Source: an uncultured Arcobacteraceae bacterium
Lineage (GTDB): Bacteria; Campylobacterota; Campylobacteria; Campylobacterales; Arcobacteraceae
Length of the DNA: 64,000 nucleotides
Assembly (NCBI GenBank): GCA_964022095.1
Contig: CAXHZO010000001.1
Coordinates: 32,001-96,000, forward strand
Direction: 5' to 3'
Of this stretch, positions 29,085-38,226 are shown in pieces. Both the position numbers and the translations under genes were made by a program. How positions within the stretch are numbered: position 1 is the stretch's first letter; each line of letters begins with the position of its first letter. The notes beneath the pieces were generated by a model. That model was not told the DNA's origin. It saw only the letters and a list, made by a program, of their open reading frames with translations, and ran no database searches.

Positions 29085-30032
29085 TTAGTCACCATCAGCA
29101 TCTAAAATTTTTGCAGTTACTGATAATTGAGTTGTTAAAGAAAGATAATATGCATTATGTAGTTCAACTGCACTTTTATATAACTTTTTTGCATTTGAAA
29201 AATCATCATTTTTTATTTCCAATAAAGATTTTTTAATAGCTGCAATTGCATTTTGTATTTCTAAAATCTCTTTTGAAGCATCACTATCATTTGCCATACT
29301 TGCAAAATTATAATATGGTTTATTTCCAACTGCTTCTTCATGAGCATTTACAATTGCTTCAATTGCATGAAAAGAGTTTTTACTTAAAAAATACTCTGCT
29401 CTTTTATTATCTAAATCACCTTCATATTTTGAACTCAAACCAGCAGGGTCACCTATTCTCCACTCTTTTAGTTTATAAGTAGAAGCAATTAATGTATTTA
29501 AAATAACTGCATTTTCCCATTTTTCTTCTTTTTGTTCACCAATTAAATAGTTTTCATAAACCTCTTTTATATCAGATAAATGAGATATTAAACTATTAAT
29601 CACAACATTACTTAACTCTTTTTCTCTTTGAGTTATTTTTTCATCATTAAAAAGTAAATATTCAAGTGCATTTATTGATTTAAAAGAGTTTTTAAATAAC
29701 GCAATACTTGCGTCATCTTTTGAATCAATTGCTCTTTGCATTTGTGCTTTTAAATCTTCATTTAAATTATGAAAAACATCAATATATCTTGGAGTATCAA
29801 TATAATCTTCATTTATATCCCCAGCAAAATATAGAGCTTGAACTCTTTTCCATGATCTTAAAAAACTTTCAAAATCTTCTTTTGAATAACTCTTTTTTAG
29901 TTTTTTTGCATCACTTATTGCACCATGAACATCAACTAAAGATACATTTTTTAGTATTGAGGTAAATGCCCTATCTTGAGCAAATAGAACACTACATGTA
30001 ATAGCTAAAATCACTAATATTTTTTTCATCAT
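29085..30032 (-). CDS. Imelysin-like periplasmic protein (second, degenerate)
   Basis: Signal peptide, KSINALEYLL (HxxE-equivalent) and C-terminal DADGD. Confidence 0.8.
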   Translation of the reverse strand: MMKKILVILAITCSVLFAQDRAFTSILKNVSLVDVHGAISDAKKLKKSYSKEDFESFLRSWKRVQALYFAGDINEDYIDTPRYIDVFHNLNEDLKAQMQRAIDSKDDASIALFKNSFKSINALEYLLFNDEKITQREKELSNVVINSLISHLSDIKEVYENYLIGEQKEEKWENAVILNTLIASTYKLKEWRIGDPAGLSSKYEGDLDNKRAEYFLSKNSFHAIEAIVNAHEEAVGNKPYYNFASMANDSDASKEILEIQNAIAAIKKSLLEIKNDDFSNAKKLYKSAVELHNAYYLSLTTQLSVTAKILDADGD

Positions 30033-31423
30033 AATCCTTTTAAGAAGTTAATTAACTTAACTCTTTTTTCTTTTTTTAATTTCATATAATTCTCTTTTGA
30101 TTTTTTTGCTTCGCCACCATGCCATAAAATTGCTTCTTGAAAATCTCTAGCTCTTCCATCGTGTAAAAGTCTTGGTTTTACTTTATTTATTTTTTCATGA
30201 AGTGCTAATCCCCAAAGTGGTGCCGTTCTAAATTCACTTTTAGTTGCATCAAACTCAACTCTACCATCTGCTAAATTTTTACCCATATCATGAAGTAAAA
30301 AATCTGAAAAAGGTTTTATTTCTTTTTTATTTATAGTTTTAAAACTACTAATATGACACTTGGCACAATCAAGTTTTGTGAAAATATCTAAGCCCTCTTT
30401 ATACTTTTCATCTTCTTTTGCACTATAAGTTTTTAGATTGCTTATATAAAAAGTCATAGCATCTAATCTATGATCAGGTATGTCAATAACATCTTTTGCT
30501 TTTGGTGCTTTTAAACACTCTTGCTGATATTGTGTGCAGTTTTCATTTCTATTTAAGGATGTAGTTAATCCCATATCATTATTCGCTGCATTTGCAACTT
30601 GCTCTTTTATTGTTGAAACACTTGCTTTCCATGTGTATCTTCCAAGCTCTTTTTTACCTGTGATTTTTGATATAACAAAATTTGGTTTCCCACTTATTCC
30701 ATCATTATCACTATCATTTATATCAGCATTTTTTAAAATATCTTCATCACTTATTTGTGATATTAGTCCCATACCATTTAAACTATTTGCCATACGATAT
30801 GAGATATTTACATCTTTATGTAATGAACCATAATTTAAATCTTTTAAATTATAAACTGGTTTTAACAAAATATCAATTTCACCATCAGGAAATTTAACTT
30901 CAATCTGCTCAAATTTCAAATCAGCCCTTCCTTCAAAAGGTACTCCATGAACTCCATTAATTGATATTTGAGAACCATATACTGGTTCAGGAACAAACCC
31001 TATATTTGCAAGATAGTTTTTATGTAATTCGCTTCCATTTGAACTTATTGAAGCTTTTAAAACTAAACTTCTTGAAGCATTACCTTTTTTTGAATATAAA
31101 TTTCCTCTTCCATTTCCGGGATGACAACTAACACAAGTATTTGCATCAAATAAAGGACCTAATCCATCTCTTGCAGTTGTAACACTAGGTGCTTCAACCC
31201 AAGGAATTACAAAAAAACTTCTACCTAAAATAAATTTATCATACTGTTCATCACTTAATTTTGTTGAAGGATTAAGTAATAATGACTTATTTTTATCATT
31301 TGATAAATATTCGCCTTGGGTATTAACGACCAAAAGCCCTGTAGCTAAAGTAGCTACAAGGCTTTTGTAAATAGGGAGTTTTTTTACTAAACTTTTAAAA
31401 TTATAATTGTGTTTCTTCAGCAT
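30029..31423 (-). CDS. Di-heme oxidoreductase family (DHOR) cytochrome c
   Basis: DGLGPLF, CVSCH, CAKCH, LLHDMG, FRTAPLWG, LHDGRAR and EAILWHGGEA; exact start uncertain. Confidence 0.9.
   Translation of the reverse strand: MLKKHNYNFKSLVKKLPIYKSLVATLATGLLVVNTQGEYLSNDKNKSLLLNPSTKLSDEQYDKFILGRSFFVIPWVEAPSVTTARDGLGPLFDANTCVSCHPGNGRGNLYSKKGNASRSLVLKASISSNGSELHKNYLANIGFVPEPVYGSQISINGVHGVPFEGRADLKFEQIEVKFPDGEIDILLKPVYNLKDLNYGSLHKDVNISYRMANSLNGMGLISQISDEDILKNADINDSDNDGISGKPNFVISKITGKKELGRYTWKASVSTIKEQVANAANNDMGLTTSLNRNENCTQYQQECLKAPKAKDVIDIPDHRLDAMTFYISNLKTYSAKEDEKYKEGLDIFTKLDCAKCHISSFKTINKKEIKPFSDFLLHDMGKNLADGRVEFDATKSEFRTAPLWGLALHEKINKVKPRLLHDGRARDFQEAILWHGGEAKKSKENYMKLKKEKRVKLINFLKGL
31331..31367 (-). 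other. 17-bp RNA hairpin inside the 5' end of the DHOR gene
   Basis: mRNA CAAAAGCCUUGUAGCUA-cuu-UAGCUACAGGGCUUUUG, fully paired with one G-U. Confidence 0.7.
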
Positions 31424-32753
31424 CCGTCACATCTTCAGTTGTAAGACTAATACCATTTGCATTTGCTACTGTTACCATCTCATCACCAAGTTTTCTCATT
31501 TCATTTTTAAGTTTTACAATAACTTTTGCCATTTTATTATCTGGTCTAATTTGATAATCAAAGTGCGCTTGAGTTTTAGCAACCTCATCAATTTGGTTAA
31601 TTTTTGCTTCAATTGAAGACATAAGTTTTTCAATCTTTGCTTTTGATTCAGTATCAACTGCATCTAATAGTGATGGTCCAAAACTTTTACCCTCATAAGT
31701 TGAAGTTAAAATATTTTTAAATCCTAAATAGTTTGTTAAGATATCTCTGTGTGTATTATCTGAAAAACAAGAGTGTTCATCTTCTTCAGATGGAGTTAAT
31801 ACTGCAACTGCGATTCTTTCATTTGCAAGTTCAGATTTGATAAATACACCAAGTCCTGAAATTACTTGTTTGATTGCTTCATTTTCACTTATATTTTTTC
31901 CTACATTCACACCATCAAGTTTTCCTAAAAATGCTGCAGCATATAAACCAGTATCACCATTTAGTTTTGGTTCCCAAGCACCTTTAATTACTTCTAAATC
32001 TGCAACGATTTTTGCAGCTGCTGCTTGCAAGAAAGCTAATCTTCTAGGAGCATTTTTTTCACTTGTAAAATCAGATAATGCTCTATTTCCTGCTGTTAAT
32101 GCACCATTTGAAATACCATCTTTTAAGAAGTTAGAATAGTCTTGATCTTGTCCCCATAATAAAAACTCAATCGCATGATACCCAGTTGCAACATTTGCAT
32201 CACCACCATTTTCATTTAAAGCAGCAATTGCATCAACTGTTATATTTGTAACATCAACTACAGTTGCATCTTCTCCACCTGGATTAAACTTACCAATAGT
32301 ATCAATAATATTTCCACTAGTTTTAGCACCATTTGCATCAATTGTATAATCAATCATATTTTCATCTAATGGCCATGCATTTAATTGACCTTCAAGTGCT
32401 CCATATGCTTCGGCTATCCATCCCTCTTCTGCATCAATTGGACCATTTGATAGCCTAAATGCTTCTGTTTGTCCGTAAGACTCTCTTGATAATAACCAAG
32501 CTTTTTTAGCTGCATTTAAATTTTCTTGCGTTGGAGCTTTTGCAAAAGTATTAAGTGCTAGTTGTAAAGACTTTGCATCATTTAATGCATCACTATAGTT
32601 TGCATATGCAATAGCTGCATATGAGTTTAATACTGATTTTTTTTGAGTTAACTTAGTATCTTGCGAATTTGTATTTGAAGCAGTACATCCTGTAAGAGCT
32701 ATGGCAGTAACTACAGATACACTAAGTAAAGCTTTTTTAACGTTTTTTAACAT
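31401..32753 (-). CDS. Imelysin/IrpA/IcmP-family iron-regulated lipoprotein
   Basis: Lipobox LTGC; NAWPLDE, GYHAIEFLLWGQD and EDEHSCFSDNT motifs. Confidence 0.93.
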   Translation of the reverse strand: MLKNVKKALLSVSVVTAIALTGCTASNTNSQDTKLTQKKSVLNSYAAIAYANYSDALNDAKSLQLALNTFAKAPTQENLNAAKKAWLLSRESYGQTEAFRLSNGPIDAEEGWIAEAYGALEGQLNAWPLDENMIDYTIDANGAKTSGNIIDTIGKFNPGGEDATVVDVTNITVDAIAALNENGGDANVATGYHAIEFLLWGQDQDYSNFLKDGISNGALTAGNRALSDFTSEKNAPRRLAFLQAAAAKIVADLEVIKGAWEPKLNGDTGLYAAAFLGKLDGVNVGKNISENEAIKQVISGLGVFIKSELANERIAVAVLTPSEEDEHSCFSDNTHRDILTNYLGFKNILTSTYEGKSFGPSLLDAVDTESKAKIEKLMSSIEAKINQIDEVAKTQAHFDYQIRPDNKMAKVIVKLKNEMRKLGDEMVTVANANGISLTTEDVTDAEETQL

Positions 32754-32775
32754 TAGTTGTTTCCTTTTTTATTTT

Positions 32776-32853
32776 TAATATCAATTATCATTAACGAAAT
32801 TAAATCGAAAATAAACTTTAATTCTTCTTAATTATGATAACAATTATCATAAT
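32776..32853. promoter_or_regulatory. Two Fur-box-like sites upstream of the imelysin operon
   Basis: Perfect ATTATGATAA-caa-TTATCATAAT (32831-32853) and minus-strand TAATGATAATTGATATTA (about 32776-32793). Confidence 0.75.
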
Positions 32854-32905
32854 ATATTTTAAAATTGATTTTATGCTATTATTTAAAAATAAAAAAGGAG
32901 TAACA

Positions 32906-33595
32906 ATGAAGTTTATAAGTTTAATATTTTTATTTTCATATAGTTTACTTGCACAAGTAAACCCTATGGCTTTCCAATATAGTGGAGTGAAAGTAAATCA
33001 TATATTTTTAGATGGTAGCAAAGAAAATTATACTATTGAAAGAAAAATTTCAAAAGAGTGTATGAAAATACAAGTAGGTCCTGATAGTTTTGATGATACA
33101 AATATAAAAAATAATATCAGTAATAAATGTAAAAAAGAGTTCATAACTACTACTGGAGTTATTCAACCTTTTGTTTTTGATGAGGAAATAAAAACTATTG
33201 GAGAAAATGAAGTTCTAGAATTTATTTACACTAAAACATTAAAAGAGCCAAATAAATATGCACTAATTGATAGTAGAAAAGCAATTTGGTTTGAGCAAGA
33301 GACAATTCCTAGTGCATTGAGTGTCCCATATGAAGATTTAAAATATGATGAAGACTTTGTAGAAGATTTAAAAAAAGCTTACAAGAATCTTGGAGTAAAA
33401 GTACTAGACAATGATAAATTTGATTTTTCAAATGCTAAAACAGTAGTATTTTTTTGTAATGGAGCTTGGTGTCCTATCTCTTCAAAAAGTATGACTTACC
33501 TAATAAAATTAGGTTATCCAAAAGAAAAAATGATGTGGTATAGAGGTGGAATGACTAGCTGGAAAGTATTATCACTAACAACTACAAAGAAGTAA
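32906..33595 (+). CDS. Periplasmic rhodanese-like protein
   Basis: AAGGAG SD before ATG 32906; signal peptide; IDSR, FCNGAWC and WYRGGM..W motifs. Confidence 0.87.
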   Translation: MKFISLIFLFSYSLLAQVNPMAFQYSGVKVNHIFLDGSKENYTIERKISKECMKIQVGPDSFDDTNIKNNISNKCKKEFITTTGVIQPFVFDEEIKTIGENEVLEFIYTKTLKEPNKYALIDSRKAIWFEQETIPSALSVPYEDLKYDEDFVEDLKKAYKNLGVKVLDNDKFDFSNAKTVVFFCNGAWCPISSKSMTYLIKLGYPKEKMMWYRGGMTSWKVLSLTTTKK

Positions 33596-33614
33596 AGCTA
33601 AAAAGCTTTATTTC

Positions 33615-35696
33615 TTAAAATAGTTTTTTCAAATTATCTAAAATCTCTTTAGAGCCTTCCTCACCAAGCTTACCTTTTAAAGCTTTATCAAGTTTTTCTT
33701 TTATCTTATCTTTGTTTTTTTCAATTTGTTTATTAACTTGTTCTTTTAATAAACCTTTTGTATCAATAGATATTTTTGGATTAGAAGTACTTCCTTTTAC
33801 ATTTACACCAAATTCAGTTGTTTTTATTTTACCTTTAATTTTTGCATCAATACTATTTTTTTCTAAATTCAATATAGAATTAGTCACATCTATAGTTGTA
33901 TTTTTACTTTTCATATTGATTATAGTATTTAAAACCATATTATTTATATCACTATTGATTTTTACTGTTTCATAAACTTCTTTAGTAAGATCGAATTTTG
34001 CTAATTGATTTACTAAACTTGAAAAATCATTAGGTAAAAAATGTCCGCTTAATAAACTTCCTGAAAGTTTTCCTTTACTAAGTAACATATTATAATCTAA
34101 ATCTAAATCTGTCTTTGAATCAAATACTTCTGGATAATAAAGCATATGTGTTACATCTTTTATTTGTGCACCTTTTAATGATGCTTTTAAATTGTCATTT
34201 TTTAGATTGAAATTTAACTTTCCACCTACAACATTTGAATCTCCAGTTAAACTTAATGAGCCTGCTTTTGTAAATAATTCTCCACTAACATTAACTTTTC
34301 CTCTCATTTTTGTTCCAGTAAAATCTTTTAATTTTTCTAAAGAAGGCACATTTAAAATATAATCACTACTTAAAGCTCCATCTTTAAAATCAAAAATAGT
34401 TTCATTTGTAGTTAAATTTGCTAAAGATGTCTGTAGTTTAGAGTTTGTGATTGCCTTATTTGGTACAAGGCTAGTTGATATGTCACCACTAAAAGACACA
34501 TCTTTTTTAAGATTTTGTTTAAATACAGTATTTACAACTTCATTAATTAATTTACCATTTGAAATTGTTGTATTTATTGTTCCTTTTAAAGTATCAATAT
34601 TTGCATTTGGAATATTACCAGTCACTTTTAAATCACCAACTGCATAAACTGGTTCATTTAACATATGAAGAAGCTTATCTATTTTTGCATTTTCAATTTT
34701 GAAATTAACATCTTGAGGAATAGAATCAATAACTTTTAAATCATAACTTGTATTACTTTCAAATATATCTGACTTACCATCTAAATTTATATTTCCATTA
34801 TCAACTATTAAATTACCTTCTAATATAAATTTACCATTTAATTTTGTGCCAATAACACCTTGAAGTTTTGATAGATTTTTTACATTTATTTTATAATCAC
34901 TTGTGATTTTGTTTGTTTTTAAATCAACTACTGAATTATGTGCAAAAACATCAGCCAATGAAGTTATTAAGTCTGATTTCAATTCTATTTTATCACCAAT
35001 TAACTTAGCTTCTACATCACTTTTAAAGCCAATTCTTGATGCAATATTTTGATTTAATTCTTTATTTATTACATCATTTATTAATTTTCCCCTTGAAATA
35101 TTTGCAGTTACTATTCCATCAAGTTGATTTTGTCTTGCGTTGTTTATTTTACCTTTTACATTAACAATACCTGATGCATATACAGGTTGATTAACAAGTT
35201 TTAATAAATCCACAATTTTTGCATCTTTAAGTAAAAAATCAATATTGCTTGGTTCAAAATCTATTAAATTTATTTTATATGTAGTTTCACTTGATGCAAT
35301 ATCACTAACACCTTCGATAAGTGCAGATTTTTCATTTCCTTTAAATATCCCCGAAGTATTAAATGGTCCATTTAACTTTTGGTTTATTAAATTTTCTAAA
35401 TTTGCCAGCTCTTTTACTTTTATATCATATTTCAAATCAACAATTTTTTTAAATAGTTGTAAATCCCCTGAAATATCAATATTAGAGTTATCATCAATTG
35501 TTGCATTAAAAACCATAGTATTAAAAGTTAGTTCAAATTTATTAACTTTTAACTTCACATCATTTTGTTCATTATTTACTTTATTTTCAATATATGAAGC
35601 GATAAAATCATTACCTGTTTTTGTAAATAATACACCATAAATAGATCCAATCACTAATATTATAAATAATGTTAAACCAAAAAATAGTTTTTTCAT
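33615..35696 (-). CDS. Membrane-anchored beta-rich repeat protein, AsmA/TamB-like (tentative)
   Basis: N-terminal TM then TKTGN; internal ~200-aa repeats; C-terminal VKGSTSNPKISID; start at ATG 35696. Confidence 0.55.
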   Translation of the reverse strand: MKKLFFGLTLFIILVIGSIYGVLFTKTGNDFIASYIENKVNNEQNDVKLKVNKFELTFNTMVFNATIDDNSNIDISGDLQLFKKIVDLKYDIKVKELANLENLINQKLNGPFNTSGIFKGNEKSALIEGVSDIASSETTYKINLIDFEPSNIDFLLKDAKIVDLLKLVNQPVYASGIVNVKGKINNARQNQLDGIVTANISRGKLINDVINKELNQNIASRIGFKSDVEAKLIGDKIELKSDLITSLADVFAHNSVVDLKTNKITSDYKINVKNLSKLQGVIGTKLNGKFILEGNLIVDNGNINLDGKSDIFESNTSYDLKVIDSIPQDVNFKIENAKIDKLLHMLNEPVYAVGDLKVTGNIPNANIDTLKGTINTTISNGKLINEVVNTVFKQNLKKDVSFSGDISTSLVPNKAITNSKLQTSLANLTTNETIFDFKDGALSSDYILNVPSLEKLKDFTGTKMRGKVNVSGELFTKAGSLSLTGDSNVVGGKLNFNLKNDNLKASLKGAQIKDVTHMLYYPEVFDSKTDLDLDYNMLLSKGKLSGSLLSGHFLPNDFSSLVNQLAKFDLTKEVYETVKINSDINNMVLNTIINMKSKNTTIDVTNSILNLEKNSIDAKIKGKIKTTEFGVNVKGSTSNPKISIDTKGLLKEQVNKQIEKNKDKIKEKLDKALKGKLGEEGSKEILDNLKKLF

Positions 35697-35801
35697 AAAA
35701 TACCTTTCTTTAATAATCATGATTATTATAACAAATTTTATAATAATATCTAAATGTATTGCTTTAGCTATGTTTTATTTTAATTTATATATAATCTTGT
35801 C

Positions 35802-35896
35802 CAACAAAGTATTAAGTAGGGAGTACTTAGGCATTTATGTTTAGGTCGCTTTATCATTTTGGTAAGGTTACGCAAGCCGAACAAACTTTGTAATAC
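35802..35896 (+). ncRNA. Candidate structured cis-regulatory RNA in the atpE leader
   Basis: Four nested stems between TATAAT (35790-35795) and the atpE SD; GC content higher than flanking intergenic DNA. Confidence 0.5.
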
Positions 35897-35918
35897 AAAT
35901 TTATATAAGGATTCAAGA

Positions 35919-36224
35919 ATGAAAAAAATCGTTCTATTAATGTTAGCTTTAGCTGGTTTTGCATTTGCAGCTGAAGGTGATTCAATGATTCAAGCATACT
36001 CTGTAGTAGCTGCAGGTATTGGTTTAGGTTTAGCGGCACTTGGTGGTGCTATCGGTATGGGTAACACTGCTGCTGCAACAATCGCTGGTACTGCTAGAAA
36101 CCCAGGTTTAGGTGGAAAATTAATGACTACTATGTTCATTGCATTAGCGATGATCGAAGCACAAGTTATTTATGCATTAGTAATTGCTATGATTGCTTTA
36201 TATGCAAACCCATTCTTAGGGTAA
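35919..36224 (+). CDS. atpE: F0F1 ATP synthase subunit c
   Basis: GLAALGGAIGMG, ARNP loop and MIEAQVIY; N-terminal extension typical of Campylobacterota; ATG 35919 after AAGGA. Confidence 0.97.
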   Translation: MKKIVLLMLALAGFAFAAEGDSMIQAYSVVAAGIGLGLAALGGAIGMGNTAAATIAGTARNPGLGGKLMTTMFIALAMIEAQVIYALVIAMIALYANPFLG

Positions 36225-36249
36225 TCAGTCTACACAGATCTGATAACTT

Positions 36250-36284
36250 AAAAGGTCAAGAGGTTTTCCTCTTGACCTTTTTTT
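36250..36284 (+). terminator. Rho-independent terminator of atpE
   Basis: AAAAGGTCAAGAGG-tttt-CCTCTTGACCTTTTTTT. Confidence 0.92.
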
Positions 36285-36370
36285 ATGCCTTTTTTTTTAA
36301 TACTTCAACTTTTATTTTATTTAAGCAAAATCTATGAGATGAACTAGTATTATTGCATCCTTAACTTTTT

Positions 36371-36454
36371 GCGAATGTGGTGGAACGGTAGACACGCGGG
36401 CTTGAGGGGCTCGTGCTTCACGGCGTGGGGGTTCAAATCCCCCCATTCGCACCA
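36371..36454 (+). tRNA. tRNA-Leu (anticodon GAG)
   Basis: Acceptor GCGAATG/CATTCGC-ACCA, anticodon arm CGGGC-TTGAGGG-GCTCG, long variable arm, GGTTCAAATCC T-arm. Confidence 0.96.
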
Positions 36455-36497
36455 TAAAAGATTAAAACAACATACTCTCTTTTACTAATTAATAAGT

Positions 36498-37112
36498 CTA
36501 CAGGTGTCCTGTTTTTACAAAAATTATAGTCTCTTCTTCAACATATGGAAAATGTTCACTCAAATGAGGACTTCTTATCCAACATCCTTTTTTATATTTA
36601 TCATATTCATCAATAAAAGTTCCACTTAATACTAATATTTCTTCACCACCCCAATGTTTATGAGGAATAAACCTTTCATCTTTTGGCCATTTTACCAAAG
36701 CAGTTTGTTCAGATAAAGGAATAACTGTCAAATTCCCTTGTCCTTGCAGCCACTGTGATTTATTAGTATTTACTATTAACTCTTCATTATTATGTTTATA
36801 ATTTATTTTTCTAAAAACTACGCAACCTTCTTGAGATTTTACATATCGTTCATTCTCTTTTGGAAATTTTAAATATGTACCTTTCTCAAAAGAGCCAAAC
36901 TCATTTGTATAAATACCTTCTAATACAAAAATTTCAATACTGTTTACAATATCTTTTTTAGATAAAATGCTATCTTTGTTAATTTTCACTAAAGAAGTTT
37001 CTTCTTTTTGTCTTTTTGAGAACTGTTTTATATATGAATTAAAAGGAGTATACTCTATCCAATCTAATGCATTTGACTCTATTGATATTTTCTTTTCATA
37101 ATCACTATTCAT
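36498..37112 (-). CDS. ChrR-like double cupin protein
   Basis: EIFVLEG and H.HWGGEEILVLSG.F.DE...W.RSPH.S.H.P motifs. Confidence 0.85.
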   Translation of the reverse strand: MNSDYEKKISIESNALDWIEYTPFNSYIKQFSKRQKEETSLVKINKDSILSKKDIVNSIEIFVLEGIYTNEFGSFEKGTYLKFPKENERYVKSQEGCVVFRKINYKHNNEELIVNTNKSQWLQGQGNLTVIPLSEQTALVKWPKDERFIPHKHWGGEEILVLSGTFIDEYDKYKKGCWIRSPHLSEHFPYVEEETIIFVKTGHL

Positions 37113-37131
37113 CTCTTACCTTTATAGATAT

Positions 37132-38097
37132 TTATAGTAAAATCTCTATTTTATCTTTGCCTTCATTTTTTGCTTTATACATTGCCTTATCTGCTCTTGA
37201 AATGAAACTTTCTGGAGTGTCATCTTTTTTAATCAATGTTGCACCTAAACTTGAAGTTAATTTCTTTACATATGAAAATTCAAACTTTTGGATTTTATTT
37301 TTAATATTATTTAATAAACTCTCTAATGAATCTTTTGTTGCAAAAGGAACAATGATCAAAAACTCATCACCTCCCCATCTTCCAATGGTATCTGTTTCTC
37401 TAATTGAGTTTTTCAATAATAAAGAAAACTCTTTTAAAACAACATCACCTACATGATGTCCAAAACTATCATTAATATTTTTGAAGTTATCTAAGTCAAG
37501 AATTATTATTCCATAATTGTTTTCATATCTATTTATAATTTTTTTTGTATCTTCTAATAATGAATCTAAATGGTGTCTATTGTATAAAGTAGTTAGTTTA
37601 TCCGTAACTGAGATTTTTTTTAATTTATCTAAGGTATCTTCTAGTTCTAGAGTTCTTTTTTTAACTTCTAGTTCTAGTATTTCATTAATTTTTTTAAATT
37701 GTGTTATCTCTTTTGAAGTACCAAAAATTCTTACAATATTATTTTGCTTATCTATAACAGGTATTATTGTTGTCTCCCAATGTCTAACACCACTACTATC
37801 TAAAATATTTGTCTCTTCATATGACATAATTTCATTTGAAGATATACATTGGTCATACCTATTTGATATTTTTTCATATGTTTTTTTATCCATAATAGTC
37901 TTTAAAGGTACTTCACAAACTTTATCATCTGTTATATTAAATGTTTTTTTCAAAGCATTGTTAGCTGATTCACTTATATATTCATTACCATCTTTTCTAA
38001 CTATAAACATATTATCATTGCTTGTATTCCAAATAACTCTAAACAGAATTAATTCGCCTTGTGTAACTACATCCGTAAATGTTTCATATATATTCAT
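37132..38097 (-). CDS. PAS-domain diguanylate cyclase
   Basis: D.LT.LYNR, DLDNFK.IND.FGH and RWGGDEF; start probably ATG 38097. Confidence 0.92.
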   Translation of the reverse strand: MNIYETFTDVVTQGELILFRVIWNTSNDNMFIVRKDGNEYISESANNALKKTFNITDDKVCEVPLKTIMDKKTYEKISNRYDQCISSNEIMSYEETNILDSSGVRHWETTIIPVIDKQNNIVRIFGTSKEITQFKKINEILELEVKKRTLELEDTLDKLKKISVTDKLTTLYNRHHLDSLLEDTKKIINRYENNYGIIILDLDNFKNINDSFGHHVGDVVLKEFSLLLKNSIRETDTIGRWGGDEFLIIVPFATKDSLESLLNNIKNKIQKFEFSYVKKLTSSLGATLIKKDDTPESFISRADKAMYKAKNEGKDKIEILL

Positions 38098-38226
38098 TTT
38101 AATACCTAATAAAAAAATATTAAAATTATAATACTGCAAAAAAACAAAAAAAATCTTAAGTATTAACTTTTTATTTCTAAAACTTTGTTACACTTCTAAA
38201 ATAAATTAATTAAAGGATATTTTTTA

